A stretch of 64,000 nt of DNA from Burkholderiales bacterium (GCA_036555615.1 DATBKZ010000034.1:84246-148245); one strand, 5' to 3'; counted from the stretch's first letter, positions 36,072-46,628 are shown. A program made the numbers and translations. The notes: generated from the sequence alone by a model not told the origin.

Positions 36072-36898
36072 TTTTCGACTTCGGCAAGCAGCTTCCGCGT
36101 GGCGAGCGCGGCCTCGCGGGCGACCTCCTCCGGCGGCCGCGACCAGTACTCGGGATTCGGCGCTTCGTAGCTCAGGTAGCCGGGATAGTTCTTTTCCATG
36201 AGGAGCTCGAACACCTCACGCCAGCGCACCTTGCCGAGGCCGGGCGGCAGGCGATCGGTGGGCCGCTTCGCGGCATCGGGTGGACCAGCCGGAACGTCGC
36301 TGTACTGGAAGGCAAAGATCTCCCCGGGCGCGACATCCGCGAAGCCGCGCCCACCCGCGCCGCTGCGCTCGAGGTGGTAGGCGTCGAACAGCAGACCGCA
36401 GCTCGGATGGTGGGCGAGCGCGACGACTTCGCGGCCGGCTTCCAGGCTGTTGATCACCTGGTGCTGCGAATTGAACTCGAGCGCGAGCCGCACGCCGTGC
36501 GCTTTCGCGATCTCGCCGCCTTTCCTGAAATTGGCGGCGCCTTCGCGCAGCGTGCCCGGCGGGTTCTGCCCCGGTGCGATCATCACCAGTTCACAACCGA
36601 GCGCAGCGGCATTGGCGCAGGTTTCGTCGAGCACCGCGAGCAGCCGCTCGAGCTCCGCCCCCTGCGCAAAAATAAGGCCATACTCGGTGCCCAGGCAGGC
36701 GACCGTGAGGCCGCTTGCCCGTACCAGATCCAGGACCTGACCGTTGGTCATGCCGGCGTCGAAGCAGCGCGTGAAATCGACACGCCGCAGCTCCACCGCG
36801 TTCCAGCCGCCGCGCTTCGCGGCCTGCAGAACATTTGCAAGCGGCGACGTGTCGAGCGTCCACGTGTGCAGCGCCAGTCGATCTCGCATCTTGTGCAT
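36068..36898 (-). CDS. Xylose-isomerase-like TIM-barrel sugar-phosphate isomerase/epimerase family protein
   Basis: 276 aa from ATG 36898, with LALEFN... and FDAYH motifs. Its stop overlaps the gluQ GTG (GTGA). The 745-aa ORF in the track is an antisense extension over ndh. Confidence 0.8.
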   Translation of the reverse strand: MHKMRDRLALHTWTLDTSPLANVLQAAKRGGWNAVELRRVDFTRCFDAGMTNGQVLDLVRASGLTVACLGTEYGLIFAQGAELERLLAVLDETCANAAALGCELVMIAPGQNPPGTLREGAANFRKGGEIAKAHGVRLALEFNSQHQVINSLEAGREVVALAHHPSCGLLFDAYHLERSGAGGRGFADVAPGEIFAFQYSDVPAGPPDAAKRPTDRLPPGLGKVRWREVFELLMEKNYPGYLSYEAPNPEYWSRPPEEVAREAALATRKLLAEVEK

Positions 36899-36988
36899 AG
36901 GGGCCAGTTCCAGGACGGGAAGCGTCTGCCGGAGGTGAATGGGTAGTATAAACTGGACGCGTTTTCCCTCCGGATGTCCTGAACAATC

Positions 36989-38308
36989 GTGAGCACGCCC
37001 GACCTGCATCGCGTCGTCATCGTCGGCGGCGGCGCGGGCGGAATCGAGCTTGCGACCCGGCTCGGTGACACGCTCGGGCGCAAGGGCCGCGCGCGCGTAA
37101 CGCTGATCGACCGCTCGCGCACGCATCTGTGGAAGCCGCTGCTGCACGAATTCGCGGCAGGCAGCATGGATCTCGACCACCACGCCCTCGACTACCTCGC
37201 GCAGGCGCGCTGGCACCACTTTCGGTTCCAGCTCGGGGAGATGGACGGCCTCGACCGCGCGCGCAAGGTCGTGCGGGTCGCGCCCACGCTCGACGAGGAC
37301 GGACGCGAGTTGATTCCACGCCGTGAGATTCCCTACGACACCCTCGTGATGGCGATCGGGAGCCTCTCCAACGACTTCGGCACGCCGGGCGCGCGCGAGC
37401 ATGCCATCAGCCTCGACACGGCGGCGCAGGCGGAACGCTTCCACCGGTCGCTCGTCAACGCCTGCATCCGGGCCAATGCCCAGCACGAGCCGCTTGCGCC
37501 CGAGCAGCTCAAGGTCGCCATCATCGGCGCGGGCGCGACCGGCGTCGAGCTCGCGGCGGAGCTGCACAAGACCACGCGCGAGCTGGTCGCCTACGGGCTG
37601 GACAAGATCGATCCCGAGAAGGACGTGCGGTTGACGATCATAGAGGCGGCGCAGCGCATCCTCCCGGCGGTGCCGGAGCGTGTGTCGAAGGCGGCGGCCG
37701 GGTTGCTGCGCGATCTCAGCGTCCGCGTGCTCACCAGCGAGCGCGTGACGGAGGTGCGGCCGGACGGCGTTCTGACCGCGAGCGGAAAACGGATTCCGGC
37801 GGAACTGACGGTGTGGGCCGCCGGCATCAAGGCGCCCGATTTCCTGAAGGACATCGGCGGCCTCGAGTCGAACCGCATGAACCAGCTGGTGGTGAAGCAG
37901 ACGCTCGACACCACGCGCGATCCCGATATCTTCGCGATCGGCGATTGCGCGGCCTGCCCGTGGCCGGGACGCCGGCGCGATGTGCCGCCGACCGCGCAGG
38001 CAGCGCACCAGCAAGCCTCGCATCTCGCGCGCATGCTGCCGCGCCGGCTTGCCGGCAGGCCGCTCAAGCCCTGGGAGTACCGCGACTTCGGCTCGCTGGT
38101 CTCGTTCGGGGAATACTCCACGATCGGCAGCCTGATGGGGGTGCTGCTCGGCGGCACGATCTTCATCGAGGGGCTCTTCGCGCGCTTCATGTATGTCTCG
38201 CTCTACCGCATGCACGTCTACGCGCTGCACGGATTCGCCAAGATGGCGTTCGACACGCTGGCCAAGCTCATCACGCGGCGCACGGAGCCGCGCGTCAAGC
38301 TGCACTGA
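36989..38308 (+). CDS. ndh: Type II NADH:quinone oxidoreductase (NDH-2)
   Basis: VVIVGGGAGGIELATRLG, second dinucleotide fold IIGAGATGVELAAEL and IFAIGDCA motif. 439 aa, GTG start. Confidence 0.9.
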   Translation: MSTPDLHRVVIVGGGAGGIELATRLGDTLGRKGRARVTLIDRSRTHLWKPLLHEFAAGSMDLDHHALDYLAQARWHHFRFQLGEMDGLDRARKVVRVAPTLDEDGRELIPRREIPYDTLVMAIGSLSNDFGTPGAREHAISLDTAAQAERFHRSLVNACIRANAQHEPLAPEQLKVAIIGAGATGVELAAELHKTTRELVAYGLDKIDPEKDVRLTIIEAAQRILPAVPERVSKAAAGLLRDLSVRVLTSERVTEVRPDGVLTASGKRIPAELTVWAAGIKAPDFLKDIGGLESNRMNQLVVKQTLDTTRDPDIFAIGDCAACPWPGRRRDVPPTAQAAHQQASHLARMLPRRLAGRPLKPWEYRDFGSLVSFGEYSTIGSLMGVLLGGTIFIEGLFARFMYVSLYRMHVYALHGFAKMAFDTLAKLITRRTEPRVKLH

Positions 38309-38395
38309 CGCGCCATTTCACTTGGGGACGAGGGCGAAGGGATGAAGGACGAGGAGCCATGCTAAGATGCTCCTCCCTTCGGACTGGAGCGCTTC

Positions 38396-38770
38396 GTGGC
38401 TACCGTCGAGCTGACCAAGAGCAATTTCGAAGACGTCGTCAGTACGAACGAACTAGTGATCGTTGACTTCTGGGCCTCGTGGTGCGGGCCGTGCAAGAGC
38501 TTTGCGCCGGTGTTCGATGCGGCATCCGAGCAGCACCTGGATATCGTTTTCGGCAAGGTCAACGCCGACAGCGAGCAGGATCTGGCGGCGGCTTTCAGCA
38601 TCCGCTCGATCCCTTTCGTCATGTTGTTCCGCGAGAAGGTCGTTCTCTTCGCGCAGGCCGGCGCGTTGCCGGCGGAAGGCCTGGAAAGCATCATTCGCCA
38701 GGCGCGCGCGCTCGACATGGCGCAGGTCCATAAGGAAATTGCCGAGCAGCAGGCCCAGCAACAGCAATGA
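38396..38770 (+). CDS. Thioredoxin with a Gln-rich C-terminal tail
   Basis: VDFWASWCGPCK active site. 124 aa, no signal peptide. Tail is KEIAEQQAQQQQ. Its stop overlaps the start of the RND adaptor gene (ATGA 38767-38770). Confidence 0.9.
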   Translation: MATVELTKSNFEDVVSTNELVIVDFWASWCGPCKSFAPVFDAASEQHLDIVFGKVNADSEQDLAAAFSIRSIPFVMLFREKVVLFAQAGALPAEGLESIIRQARALDMAQVHKEIAEQQAQQQQ

Positions 38771-39846
38771 TCCTGAAGCGCGTTTGCGCTATCGCGTTGT
38801 CGGGGCTCCTCGCGGCTGCGCCGGCGGTGATGGCGCAGGCGCCGAAGGCCAAGCCGTCGGGGCTGCCGGTCAAGGCGGCGCCGGTCAGGATCGGAACGGT
38901 TACCGATGACGTCACAGCGGTCGGAACGTTGCTCGCGAACGAGTCCGTGATGATCCGTCCCGAGGTCGCCGGTCGCGTGGCGGCGATTCATTTCAAGGAA
39001 GGGCAGGCGGTGGCGGTGGGCGCGCGGCTGGTGGCGCTCGACGCGGAAGAACTCCGCGCTCAGCTCGACGCGAGCCGGGCAGACGAGCGCCTGACCGGGC
39101 AGCGCGCCGAGCGCGCGGCCGAGCTCTTCAAGAAGAACTTCATCAGCCAGCAGGCGCTCGAGGACGCGCGCGAGGCGCACAAGAAAGCGACCGCGCAGCG
39201 CCGTGAGAACGAGGCGCGGCTCGCCAAAGCGGATATCCGCGCGCCATTCGCCGGCATCGTCGGGCTGCGCCAGGTGAGCCCCGGCGCCTACCTCAGGGCG
39301 GGCGACGACATCGCGCGGCTCGACAAGATCGACGTGATGAAGCTCGATTTCCGCGTGCCGGAGCTCTACGTCGGCAGAATCCGCCGCGACCAGCCGGTCA
39401 CGGTGCGGGTCGACGCGTTTCCCGGCGAGGCGTTCGCCGGGCGGGTGTACGCCGTCGAGACCGCAGTTGACGTTCAGACGCGCACGGTGCTGTTGCGCGG
39501 GCGCGTCGAGAACCGCGGCGCGCGGCTGCGGCCCGGCATGTTCGCGCGGGTGACGCTCGAGCTCGGGACGACCGAGAAGGCGACGCTGGTGCCGGAGCAG
39601 TCGATCGTGCCGCGCGGCGGACGCAATTTCGTGTTCCGCGTGATCGATGGGAAGGCGGTGCTGACCGAAGTCGCGGTCGGCGCCCGCAGCCCCGGGCAGG
39701 TCGAGATCGTGAGAGGCGTGAAGCCCGGCGAGCGGGTCGTGACCGACGGCCAGATGAGGCTCCAGGACGGCGTGCCGGTGACCGTGCTGCCCGACAAGCC
39801 GCCCCCAACCGCCTCCCCTTCGCCCGCGGAGTCGAAGGGATCCTGA
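38767..39846 (+). CDS. RND efflux periplasmic adaptor (membrane-fusion protein)
   Basis: Signal peptide, then lipoyl/coiled-coil/beta-barrel pattern (IRAPFAGIVG, VPEQSIV). 359 aa. Confidence 0.85.
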   Translation: MILKRVCAIALSGLLAAAPAVMAQAPKAKPSGLPVKAAPVRIGTVTDDVTAVGTLLANESVMIRPEVAGRVAAIHFKEGQAVAVGARLVALDAEELRAQLDASRADERLTGQRAERAAELFKKNFISQQALEDAREAHKKATAQRRENEARLAKADIRAPFAGIVGLRQVSPGAYLRAGDDIARLDKIDVMKLDFRVPELYVGRIRRDQPVTVRVDAFPGEAFAGRVYAVETAVDVQTRTVLLRGRVENRGARLRPGMFARVTLELGTTEKATLVPEQSIVPRGGRNFVFRVIDGKAVLTEVAVGARSPGQVEIVRGVKPGERVVTDGQMRLQDGVPVTVLPDKPPPTASPSPAESKGS

Positions 39847-39878
39847 TTTTCCTTCGTCAGTCATCCCTCATCCCTCAG

Positions 39879-42800
39879 ATGTTCCTGCCCGAGCTTTCGA
39901 TCCGCCGTCCCGTCCTGGCGACGGTGATGAGCCTCGTCATCGTGCTCCTCGGGGTCATCTCCTTCCTGCGCCTGTCGGTGCGCGAGTACCCGAAGATCGA
40001 CACCCCGGTGGTCTCGGTGCGCACCGTCTATACCGGCGCGAGCGCGCAGGTGATCGAGTCCCAGGTCACGCAGCCGCTCGAGGACTCGCTCTCCGGCATC
40101 GAGGGCATACGCACCATCAAGTCGGTGTCGCGCGAGGAAGTTTCGCAGATTGCGGTCGAATTCGTTCCCGAGCGCGACGTGGATGCCGCGGCGAACGACG
40201 TGCGCGACCGCGTGGCGCGGGTGCGGGGGCTCCTGCCCGACGAGGTGGACGAGCCGGTCGTCTCGAAGATCGAGGCCGACGCGCAGGCGATCCTGTGGCT
40301 CGCGTTCTACAGCGACCGCCACGATGCCCTCTTCATCACCGACTATGCCGACCGCTACGTCGCGGACTCGCTGAAGGCGCTGCCCGGGGTGGCGAGCGTC
40401 ATCATGGGCGGGGCGCGCAAGTACGCGATGCGCATCTGGGTGGACCGCGACCGGCTCGCCGGATTCGGGTTGACGCCGCTCGACGTCGAGAACGCGTTGC
40501 GGCGCCAGAACATCGAGGTGCCCTCGGGGCGCATCGAGAGCCGGGCCCGGGAGTTCACGGTCCTGACCGAGACCGACTTGAGGACGCCGGAGCAGTTCAA
40601 CGACCTCATCATCACCGAGGCGCGCGGCTACCCCGTCCGGCTGAAGGACATCGGGCGCGCCGAGCTCGGCGCGCAGGACGAGCGCAACGTCGTGCGCGTC
40701 AACGGCAATCCGGCGATGGGGCTGGGCATCGTGAAGCAATCCACGGCCAACACGCTGGCGGTGGCGGAGGCGGTGAAGGCGCAGATACCCGGCATCGAGG
40801 CCGCGCTGCCCGAGGGACTGAAGGTATTCGTCGCGTTCGACTCCTCGCTTTTCATCAACGCCTCGATCAAGGCGGTCTATCGGGCGATTTTCGACGCGAT
40901 GGTGCTAGTGACGCTGGTGATCTTCCTCTTTCTGCGCTCGTTCCGCTCCACCCTCATTCCCTTCGTCACCATCCCGGTGTCGTTGATCGGCGCGTGCTTC
41001 TTCCTGTGGATCTTCGGATTCACCATCAACATCCTGACGCTGCTCGGCATCGTGCTGGCGATCGGGCTCGTGGTGGATGACGCGATCGTGGTGCTGGAGA
41101 ACATCCACCGCCACATCGAGGAAGGCATGTCGCCGTTGACGGCAGCGCTCCGGGGCAGCCGCGAGATTGCCTTTGCCGTCGTGGCGATGACGATCACGCT
41201 CGCGGCCGTGTTCGTGCCGCTCGTGTTCACCACCGGCAATACCGGCAAGCTCTTCACCGAGTTCGCGCTGACCGTGGCCATGGCGGTGCTGGTGTCCGGC
41301 TTTGTGTCGCTCACGCTCACGCCCATGATGTGCTCGAAGCTGCTCAAGCATCATGCCCGGCACGGCGCGATCTATAACGCGACCGAGCGCTGGTTCGCGG
41401 CGTTAAACAGCGGCTACCGCCGCTCCCTCGGCTGGGCGCTGCGCCACCGCGCGTGGATGGTGGCGGGCTATGGCGCGGTGCTGGCGGCGATGTTCGCAAC
41501 CGGGGCCGCGCTCAAATGGGAGCTGGCGCCGAACGAAGATCGCGGCTTCATCCTCGGCGTGATGCTGGCGCCCGAGGGCTCGACCCTTGAGTACACCGAC
41601 GGCTATGCGCGCATCTGGGAAGAGATCTACCGGGAAGTGCCGGAGATCCGGAGCTACTTCGTCGTGGTGGCGCCGGGGCTCGAACGGCCCAATCCGGTCA
41701 ATTTCGGGCTCTCCTTCGTGCGGCTTACGCCGTGGCAGGAGCGTTCCCGCAGCCAGTTCGAGATCTCGCGCGAGGTGGGCGGGAAGATGTTCAGGATGAT
41801 GCCCGGTGTTCTCGCTTTTCCCAACGATCCGCCGTCCCTCGGCCAGAACTTCCGCAGCCAGCCGGTGCAGTTCGTGATCCAGGGCACCTCGTACGACGGG
41901 CTCGAAAAGATGGTGGACCGGTTTATCGCGCAGGCGCGCAAGAACCCGATGCTCCTCAACCTCGACAGCGATCTGAAGCTCAACAAGCCGCAGCTCGCAG
42001 TCGACGTGGACCGGGAAAAGGTCGCCGCGGTCGGTGCGGAAGTGGATGCAATCGGGCGCACGCTCGAGACGCTGCTCGGCGGGCGGCAGGTGACGCGCTT
42101 CAAGCGGGAGGGCAAGCAGTACGACGTGATCGTGCGGCTCGAGGACAAGGACCGCGTGCAGCCGACCGACCTCACCTCGATCTATGTGCGCGCGCGCGAC
42201 GGCCAGCTGACGCAACTCTCCAACCTGGTGAGCCTCAAGGAGACGGTCGCGCCCAAGGAGCTGAACCACTTCAACCGGCAGCGCGCGGCGATCATCACCG
42301 CCAGCCTCGCCCCCGGCTACACGCTCGGCGAGGCGCTGGATTTCCTGGAGAGCCTCGCGCGCGAGGAGCTCGGCGCGGGCGCCCAGACCGCGCTCGACGG
42401 CCAGTCGCGCGAATACCGCGAGTCGGGCGAGCAGCTGCTGCTCATCTTCGTCCTCGCGCTCGCGTTCGTCTACCTCGTGCTCGCCGCGCAGTTCGAAAGC
42501 TTCATCTCACCGTTCGTGATCATGCTGACCGTGCCGCTCGCCATGACCGGCGCGCTGGCGGGGCTGCTCTTGCTCGACGTCACGCTCGGCACCGGCGGGA
42601 CGCTCAATGTCTACAGCCGGGTTGGGCTTATTATGCTGGTCGGGCTCATCACCAAGCACGGGATCCTGATCGTCGAGTTCGCCAATCAGCTGATGGACCG
42701 GGGCAAGGACAAGGTCGCCGCGGTGGCGGAAGCCGCGGCGCTGCGCCTGCGCCCGATCCTGATGACAACCGGCGCGATGGTGCTGGGCGCCGTGCCGCTC

Positions 42801-42995
42801 GCGATCGCGACCGGCCCCGGCGCGGAAGCTCGCCGCCCCATCGGCTGGGTGATCGTCGGCGGGCTCCTCCTCGGCACGCTGCTGACGCTCTACGTCATTC
42901 CCGCCGCCTACACGCTGATCGCCGGGACACGGCGCGCCATCCCGGCCGAAGCGCTCGGCGGCGCCGCGTCGCACACGCCGGCCGACAAAGCCTGA
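39879..42995 (+). CDS. RND efflux permease (AcrB/MdtB/MdtC-like)
   Basis: 1038 aa starting FLPELSIRRPVLATVMSLVI, with the 12-TM, two-large-loop architecture typical of HAE-1 RND. Confidence 0.95.
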   Translation: MFLPELSIRRPVLATVMSLVIVLLGVISFLRLSVREYPKIDTPVVSVRTVYTGASAQVIESQVTQPLEDSLSGIEGIRTIKSVSREEVSQIAVEFVPERDVDAAANDVRDRVARVRGLLPDEVDEPVVSKIEADAQAILWLAFYSDRHDALFITDYADRYVADSLKALPGVASVIMGGARKYAMRIWVDRDRLAGFGLTPLDVENALRRQNIEVPSGRIESRAREFTVLTETDLRTPEQFNDLIITEARGYPVRLKDIGRAELGAQDERNVVRVNGNPAMGLGIVKQSTANTLAVAEAVKAQIPGIEAALPEGLKVFVAFDSSLFINASIKAVYRAIFDAMVLVTLVIFLFLRSFRSTLIPFVTIPVSLIGACFFLWIFGFTINILTLLGIVLAIGLVVDDAIVVLENIHRHIEEGMSPLTAALRGSREIAFAVVAMTITLAAVFVPLVFTTGNTGKLFTEFALTVAMAVLVSGFVSLTLTPMMCSKLLKHHARHGAIYNATERWFAALNSGYRRSLGWALRHRAWMVAGYGAVLAAMFATGAALKWELAPNEDRGFILGVMLAPEGSTLEYTDGYARIWEEIYREVPEIRSYFVVVAPGLERPNPVNFGLSFVRLTPWQERSRSQFEISREVGGKMFRMMPGVLAFPNDPPSLGQNFRSQPVQFVIQGTSYDGLEKMVDRFIAQARKNPMLLNLDSDLKLNKPQLAVDVDREKVAAVGAEVDAIGRTLETLLGGRQVTRFKREGKQYDVIVRLEDKDRVQPTDLTSIYVRARDGQLTQLSNLVSLKETVAPKELNHFNRQRAAIITASLAPGYTLGEALDFLESLAREELGAGAQTALDGQSREYRESGEQLLLIFVLALAFVYLVLAAQFESFISPFVIMLTVPLAMTGALAGLLLLDVTLGTGGTLNVYSRVGLIMLVGLITKHGILIVEFANQLMDRGKDKVAAVAEAAALRLRPILMTTGAMVLGAVPLAIATGPGAEARRPIGWVIVGGLLLGTLLTLYVIPAAYTLIAGTRRAIPAEALGGAASHTPADKA

Positions 42996-43049
42996 CCGGT
43001 GTGCCCGGGGCGAGGTTGATCCGCCCCGAGTTGCCCCCATCTTGGGTGG

Positions 43050-44039
43050 ATGCTGGACAAGGGCGGGCGCGATACCAATTCCCTGCCAGAAGCAGGGGCA
43101 TCGAGCGACGCGGCGCTGCTCGACGCGTACTCGCAATCGATCACGCGCGTCGCCGAAACGGTCGGGCCCGCGGTGGTGCGGCTCGAAGTCCAGCGCCGCA
43201 TGCGCGGGCGCGACGTCGGCGGCACGGGCTCCGGCTTCATTTTCGCGCCCGACGGCCTGATCGTCACCAACAGCCATGTCGTGAGCGGCGCGGCGGCCAT
43301 CGGCGTCACGCTCAACGACGGGCAGGCATTCCAGGCGCAGCTGATCGGCGACGATCCCGACACCGATCTCGCGGTGGTGCGGATCGCCGGGCACAAGGTG
43401 CCGTCCGTCGCGCTCGGAGACTCACGCGGGCTGCGCGTCGGCCAGCTCGTCATCGCGATCGGCAATCCGTTCGGTTTTCACTGCACCGTCACGGCGGGCG
43501 TCGTTTCTGCGCTGGGCCGCTCGCTGCGGTCCCAGAACGGGCGGCTGATGGACGATGTGATCCAGACCGACGCCGCGTTGAATCCCGGCAATTCGGGTGG
43601 GCCTCTGGTCGCGTCGAGCGGCGAGGTCATTGGCGTCAATACCGCGGTAATCCTGCCGGCGCAGGGCATCTGTTTTGCGACGGCCATCGACACCGCGAAG
43701 GTGACCATCGCCCAGCTCCTGAGGCATGGGCGCGTGCGGCGTGCGCGTCTCGGGCTCGCGGGCCAGAATATCGTGCTGCCGCGGCGGATGGTGCGGCATT
43801 ACGGGCTCGCGCACGAGGCGGCGGTGCAGGTTGCCTCGATCGAGCGCGGTGGTCCCGCGAGCCGCGCAGGGCTCGAGCAGGGCGACATCATCGTCGCCTT
43901 TGCCGGCCGGCCGGTGTCCGGTTTCGACGATCTGCATCGGTTGCTGACAGAGGAAACGCTCGGCAAATGGGTCGCAGTCGACGTGCTGCGCCGCGGCCGG
44001 CGGCAGTCGCTCCAGATCGAGCCCGAAGAATCCCGATAA
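43050..44039 (+). CDS. S1C trypsin-like serine protease with one PDZ domain (HtrA/DegS-like), no signal peptide seen
   Basis: TNSHVV (His), DTDLAVV (Asp) and GNSGGPL (Ser) triad contexts, plus a C-terminal PDZ ([13 protein letters not shown]). The N-terminal 45 aa are hydrophilic. Confidence 0.85.
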   Translation: MLDKGGRDTNSLPEAGASSDAALLDAYSQSITRVAETVGPAVVRLEVQRRMRGRDVGGTGSGFIFAPDGLIVTNSHVVSGAAAIGVTLNDGQAFQAQLIGDDPDTDLAVVRIAGHKVPSVALGDSRGLRVGQLVIAIGNPFGFHCTVTAGVVSALGRSLRSQNGRLMDDVIQTDAALNPGNSGGPLVASSGEVIGVNTAVILPAQGICFATAIDTAKVTIAQLLRHGRVRRARLGLAGQNIVLPRRMVRHYGLAHEAAVQVASIERGGPASRAGLEQGDIIVAFAGRPVSGFDDLHRLLTEETLGKWVAVDVLRRGRRQSLQIEPEESR

Positions 44040-44079
44040 GACACAGCAAGTTCGTTTACCATTGCGGAAGGAGACGCAG

Positions 44080-44778
44080 ATGCTGACGGTTCGAAAGGCG
44101 GAAGCGCGCGGCCACGCCAATCACGGCTGGCTCGACACCTGGCACACCTTTTCGTTTGCCGATTATTACGATTCGCGCGAGATGGGATTTGGCGCGCTGC
44201 GTGTCATCAACGACGACAAGGTCGAGCCGGGACAGGGCTTCGGCATGCACGGGCACCGCGACATGGAGATCATCACCTACGTGCTCGAGGGCGCGCTCGA
44301 GCACAAGGACAGCATGGGCAACGGCTCGATCATCCGGCCCGGCAACGTGCAGCGCATGAGCGCGGGCACTGGCGTGCGGCACAGCGAGTTCAATCCGTCG
44401 CGCGATGAGCGCGTGCACCTGCTGCAGATCTGGATCGAGCCGAAGATCACCGGCGTGCGGCCGAGCTACGAAGAAAAGCCGTTTGGGCCGGCGGACAAGA
44501 AGGGGAAGCTGCGCCTGATCGCCTCGCCCGATGGCCGGGATGGGTCTGTCACCATCCATCAGGACGCGCTCGTGTACGCCGCGCTGCTCGACGGCAAGGA
44601 CGCGGTTACGCACACGCTCGCGCCGGGACGGCGCGCCTACCTGCATGTCGCCCGCGGCGCTATCAAGGTGAACGGCGCGGCGCTCAAGGGTGGCGATGGT
44701 GCGAAGATCGAGAGCGAAACCAGGATCGAGCTGAGGGACGCGCGGGAAGCCGAAGTGCTGCTCTTCGACCTGCCGTAA
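44080..44778 (+). CDS. Pirin-family protein (YhhW-like, about 232 aa)
   Basis: ATG 44080 follows [31 protein letters not shown]...[19 protein letters not shown] carries the pirin metal-binding His residues. Confidence 0.9.
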   Translation: MLTVRKAEARGHANHGWLDTWHTFSFADYYDSREMGFGALRVINDDKVEPGQGFGMHGHRDMEIITYVLEGALEHKDSMGNGSIIRPGNVQRMSAGTGVRHSEFNPSRDERVHLLQIWIEPKITGVRPSYEEKPFGPADKKGKLRLIASPDGRDGSVTIHQDALVYAALLDGKDAVTHTLAPGRRAYLHVARGAIKVNGAALKGGDGAKIESETRIELRDAREAEVLLFDLP

Positions 44779-44827
44779 CGGGCGCGCGACTGTTAACCGT
44801 CTCCATTACCAGTTACGCCTCATCATC

Positions 44828-45817
44828 ATGGGACATCTCGAGAACGGCGTCTGGCGCGAGGGGCGCGAAACGCGCACGGTGAACGGCGAGTTCATCCGCC
44901 GCGACAGCCAGTTCCGCGACCGCGTCACGGCGGACGGCTCGAGCGGCTACCCGGCCGACGCCGGCCGCTACCATCTATACGTCTCGACCGCGTGCCCGTG
45001 GGCGCATCGCACGCTGATTCTCCGCAAGCTCAAGCGGCTCGAGGACGTGATCTCGATCTCGATCGTGGCCCCCGTTGTCGCGAACGAGGGCTGGCCAATG
45101 AGCGCAGGGGACGGCTGCATTCCGGACACGGTGAACGGCTTTCACCATCTGCACCAGGTCTATTCGAAGGCGAAGCCCGACTACACCGGCCGCGTCACCG
45201 TGCCGGTGCTGTGGGACCGGGAAAAGGCCACGATCGTCAACAACGAGTCCTCCGAGATCATCCGGATGCTCAACAGCGAGTTCGAATCCTTCGCCGGGTC
45301 GCGCGACGACTACTATCCACGGCGGCTGCGCGCGGAGATCGACGCCGTCAACAAGATCGTCTACGAAAATATCAACAACGGCGTCTACCGCTGCGGTTTC
45401 GCGACGACGCAGGATGCCTACGAACAGGCATTCGACGCCTTATTCGGAGCGCTGGACGAGATGGAGGCGCGGCTCGATCGCTCGCGCTACCTCGTTGGCG
45501 ACCGGATCACGGAGGCGGACTGGCGGCTCTTCCCGACGCTGGTGCGCTTCGATGCTGTGTACGTCGGCCACTTCAAGTGCAACCTGCGGCGCATCGAGGA
45601 CTATCCCAATCTGTCAAATTACCTGCGCGATCTCTATCAAGTGCCGGGCATCGCGGAAACCGTCGACATGGATCACATCAAGCGCCACTATTACACGAGC
45701 CACCGCCACATCAATCCGACCGGGATCGTGCCGAAAGGGCCGGCGCTCGATTTCTCGGCGCCGCACGACCGCGCGCGCAGGTTCGAGCGCCGCGCGCGGC
45801 GCGCTGATACGCATTGA
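44828..45817 (+). CDS. yqjG: Xi-class glutathione transferase / glutathionyl-hydroquinone reductase
   Basis: RYHLYVSTACPWAHRTLILRKLK (CPWA active site) and typical YqjG/ECM4 length (329 aa). Confidence 0.9.
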   Translation: MGHLENGVWREGRETRTVNGEFIRRDSQFRDRVTADGSSGYPADAGRYHLYVSTACPWAHRTLILRKLKRLEDVISISIVAPVVANEGWPMSAGDGCIPDTVNGFHHLHQVYSKAKPDYTGRVTVPVLWDREKATIVNNESSEIIRMLNSEFESFAGSRDDYYPRRLRAEIDAVNKIVYENINNGVYRCGFATTQDAYEQAFDALFGALDEMEARLDRSRYLVGDRITEADWRLFPTLVRFDAVYVGHFKCNLRRIEDYPNLSNYLRDLYQVPGIAETVDMDHIKRHYYTSHRHINPTGIVPKGPALDFSAPHDRARRFERRARRADTH

Positions 45818-45845
45818 CGATCCGCGATCGCCGGTCACTGAATTC

Positions 45846-46628
45846 ATGAGCCGCCAGCCTGCCATATTCGTCTCCCACGGCTCGCCGACGCTGCCGCTCG
45901 AGAGCGGCCCTGCGGTCGATTTCCTGCGCGGGCTCGGCAGCGACCTCGGGCGGCCCGACGCCATACTGATCGCCTCGGCGCACTGGGACACGGAACGTCC
46001 GGCCGTCTCCACCGCGCAGGAGCCCGAGACCATCTATGACTTCTACGGATTCCCGCCGGAGCTCTATCGCCTGAGCTACCCCGCCCCGGGCGCCCCGCAC
46101 CTCGCGCATCGGGCCAGACAGCTTCTCGAGAAGAGCGGGTTCAAGACCGATCTCGTTCCGGCGCGCGGACTCGACCACGGGGCGTGGACGCCGCTCTTCC
46201 ACATGTATCCGAAGGCCGAAATTCCCGTCACGCAGCTCTCCATCCAATGGCAGGAAGGCCCGGCGCACCACGTGCGTCTGGGAGAAGCGCTGCGTCCGTT
46301 GCGTGACGACGGCGTGCTGATCTTCGCCTCCGGCGGCGCTACGCACAATTTGCGCGAGCTGCGGTATCACCGGGGCAATCCGGTGCCGCAGCCGTGGGTC
46401 GTGGAGTTCAACGAATGGCTGGCGGATGCCGTGCTGTCGGGGCGCCGCGATGACCTCGTCGGCTACCGGCAGAAGGCACCGCATGCGGCACGGAACCACC
46501 CCACCGACGAGCACCTCATTCCGCTTTTTGTCGCACTTGGCGCCGGCGATCCGCGCGTGCCACCCAAGCGCCTCCATACGAGCATCGCTTCGGGTGTCAT
46601 CAGCATGGACGCGTACCGCTTTGACTGA
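45846..46628 (+). CDS. ygiD: Class III extradiol dioxygenase, 4,5-DOPA-dioxygenase-like
   Basis: PAIFVSHGSP...SAHW...IYDFYGFP...LDHGAWTPL...HPTDEHLIPLFVALGA are LigB/YgiD family motifs. Confidence 0.85.
   Translation: MSRQPAIFVSHGSPTLPLESGPAVDFLRGLGSDLGRPDAILIASAHWDTERPAVSTAQEPETIYDFYGFPPELYRLSYPAPGAPHLAHRARQLLEKSGFKTDLVPARGLDHGAWTPLFHMYPKAEIPVTQLSIQWQEGPAHHVRLGEALRPLRDDGVLIFASGGATHNLRELRYHRGNPVPQPWVVEFNEWLADAVLSGRRDDLVGYRQKAPHAARNHPTDEHLIPLFVALGAGDPRVPPKRLHTSIASGVISMDAYRFD

Noticed and set aside
36899-38305. Upstream 469 codons of the 745-aa minus-strand ORF
   Set aside because: They are antisense to ndh (NDH-2), which has clear FAD/NAD motifs. Only the 3' 276 codons show TIM-barrel isomerase-like sequence.
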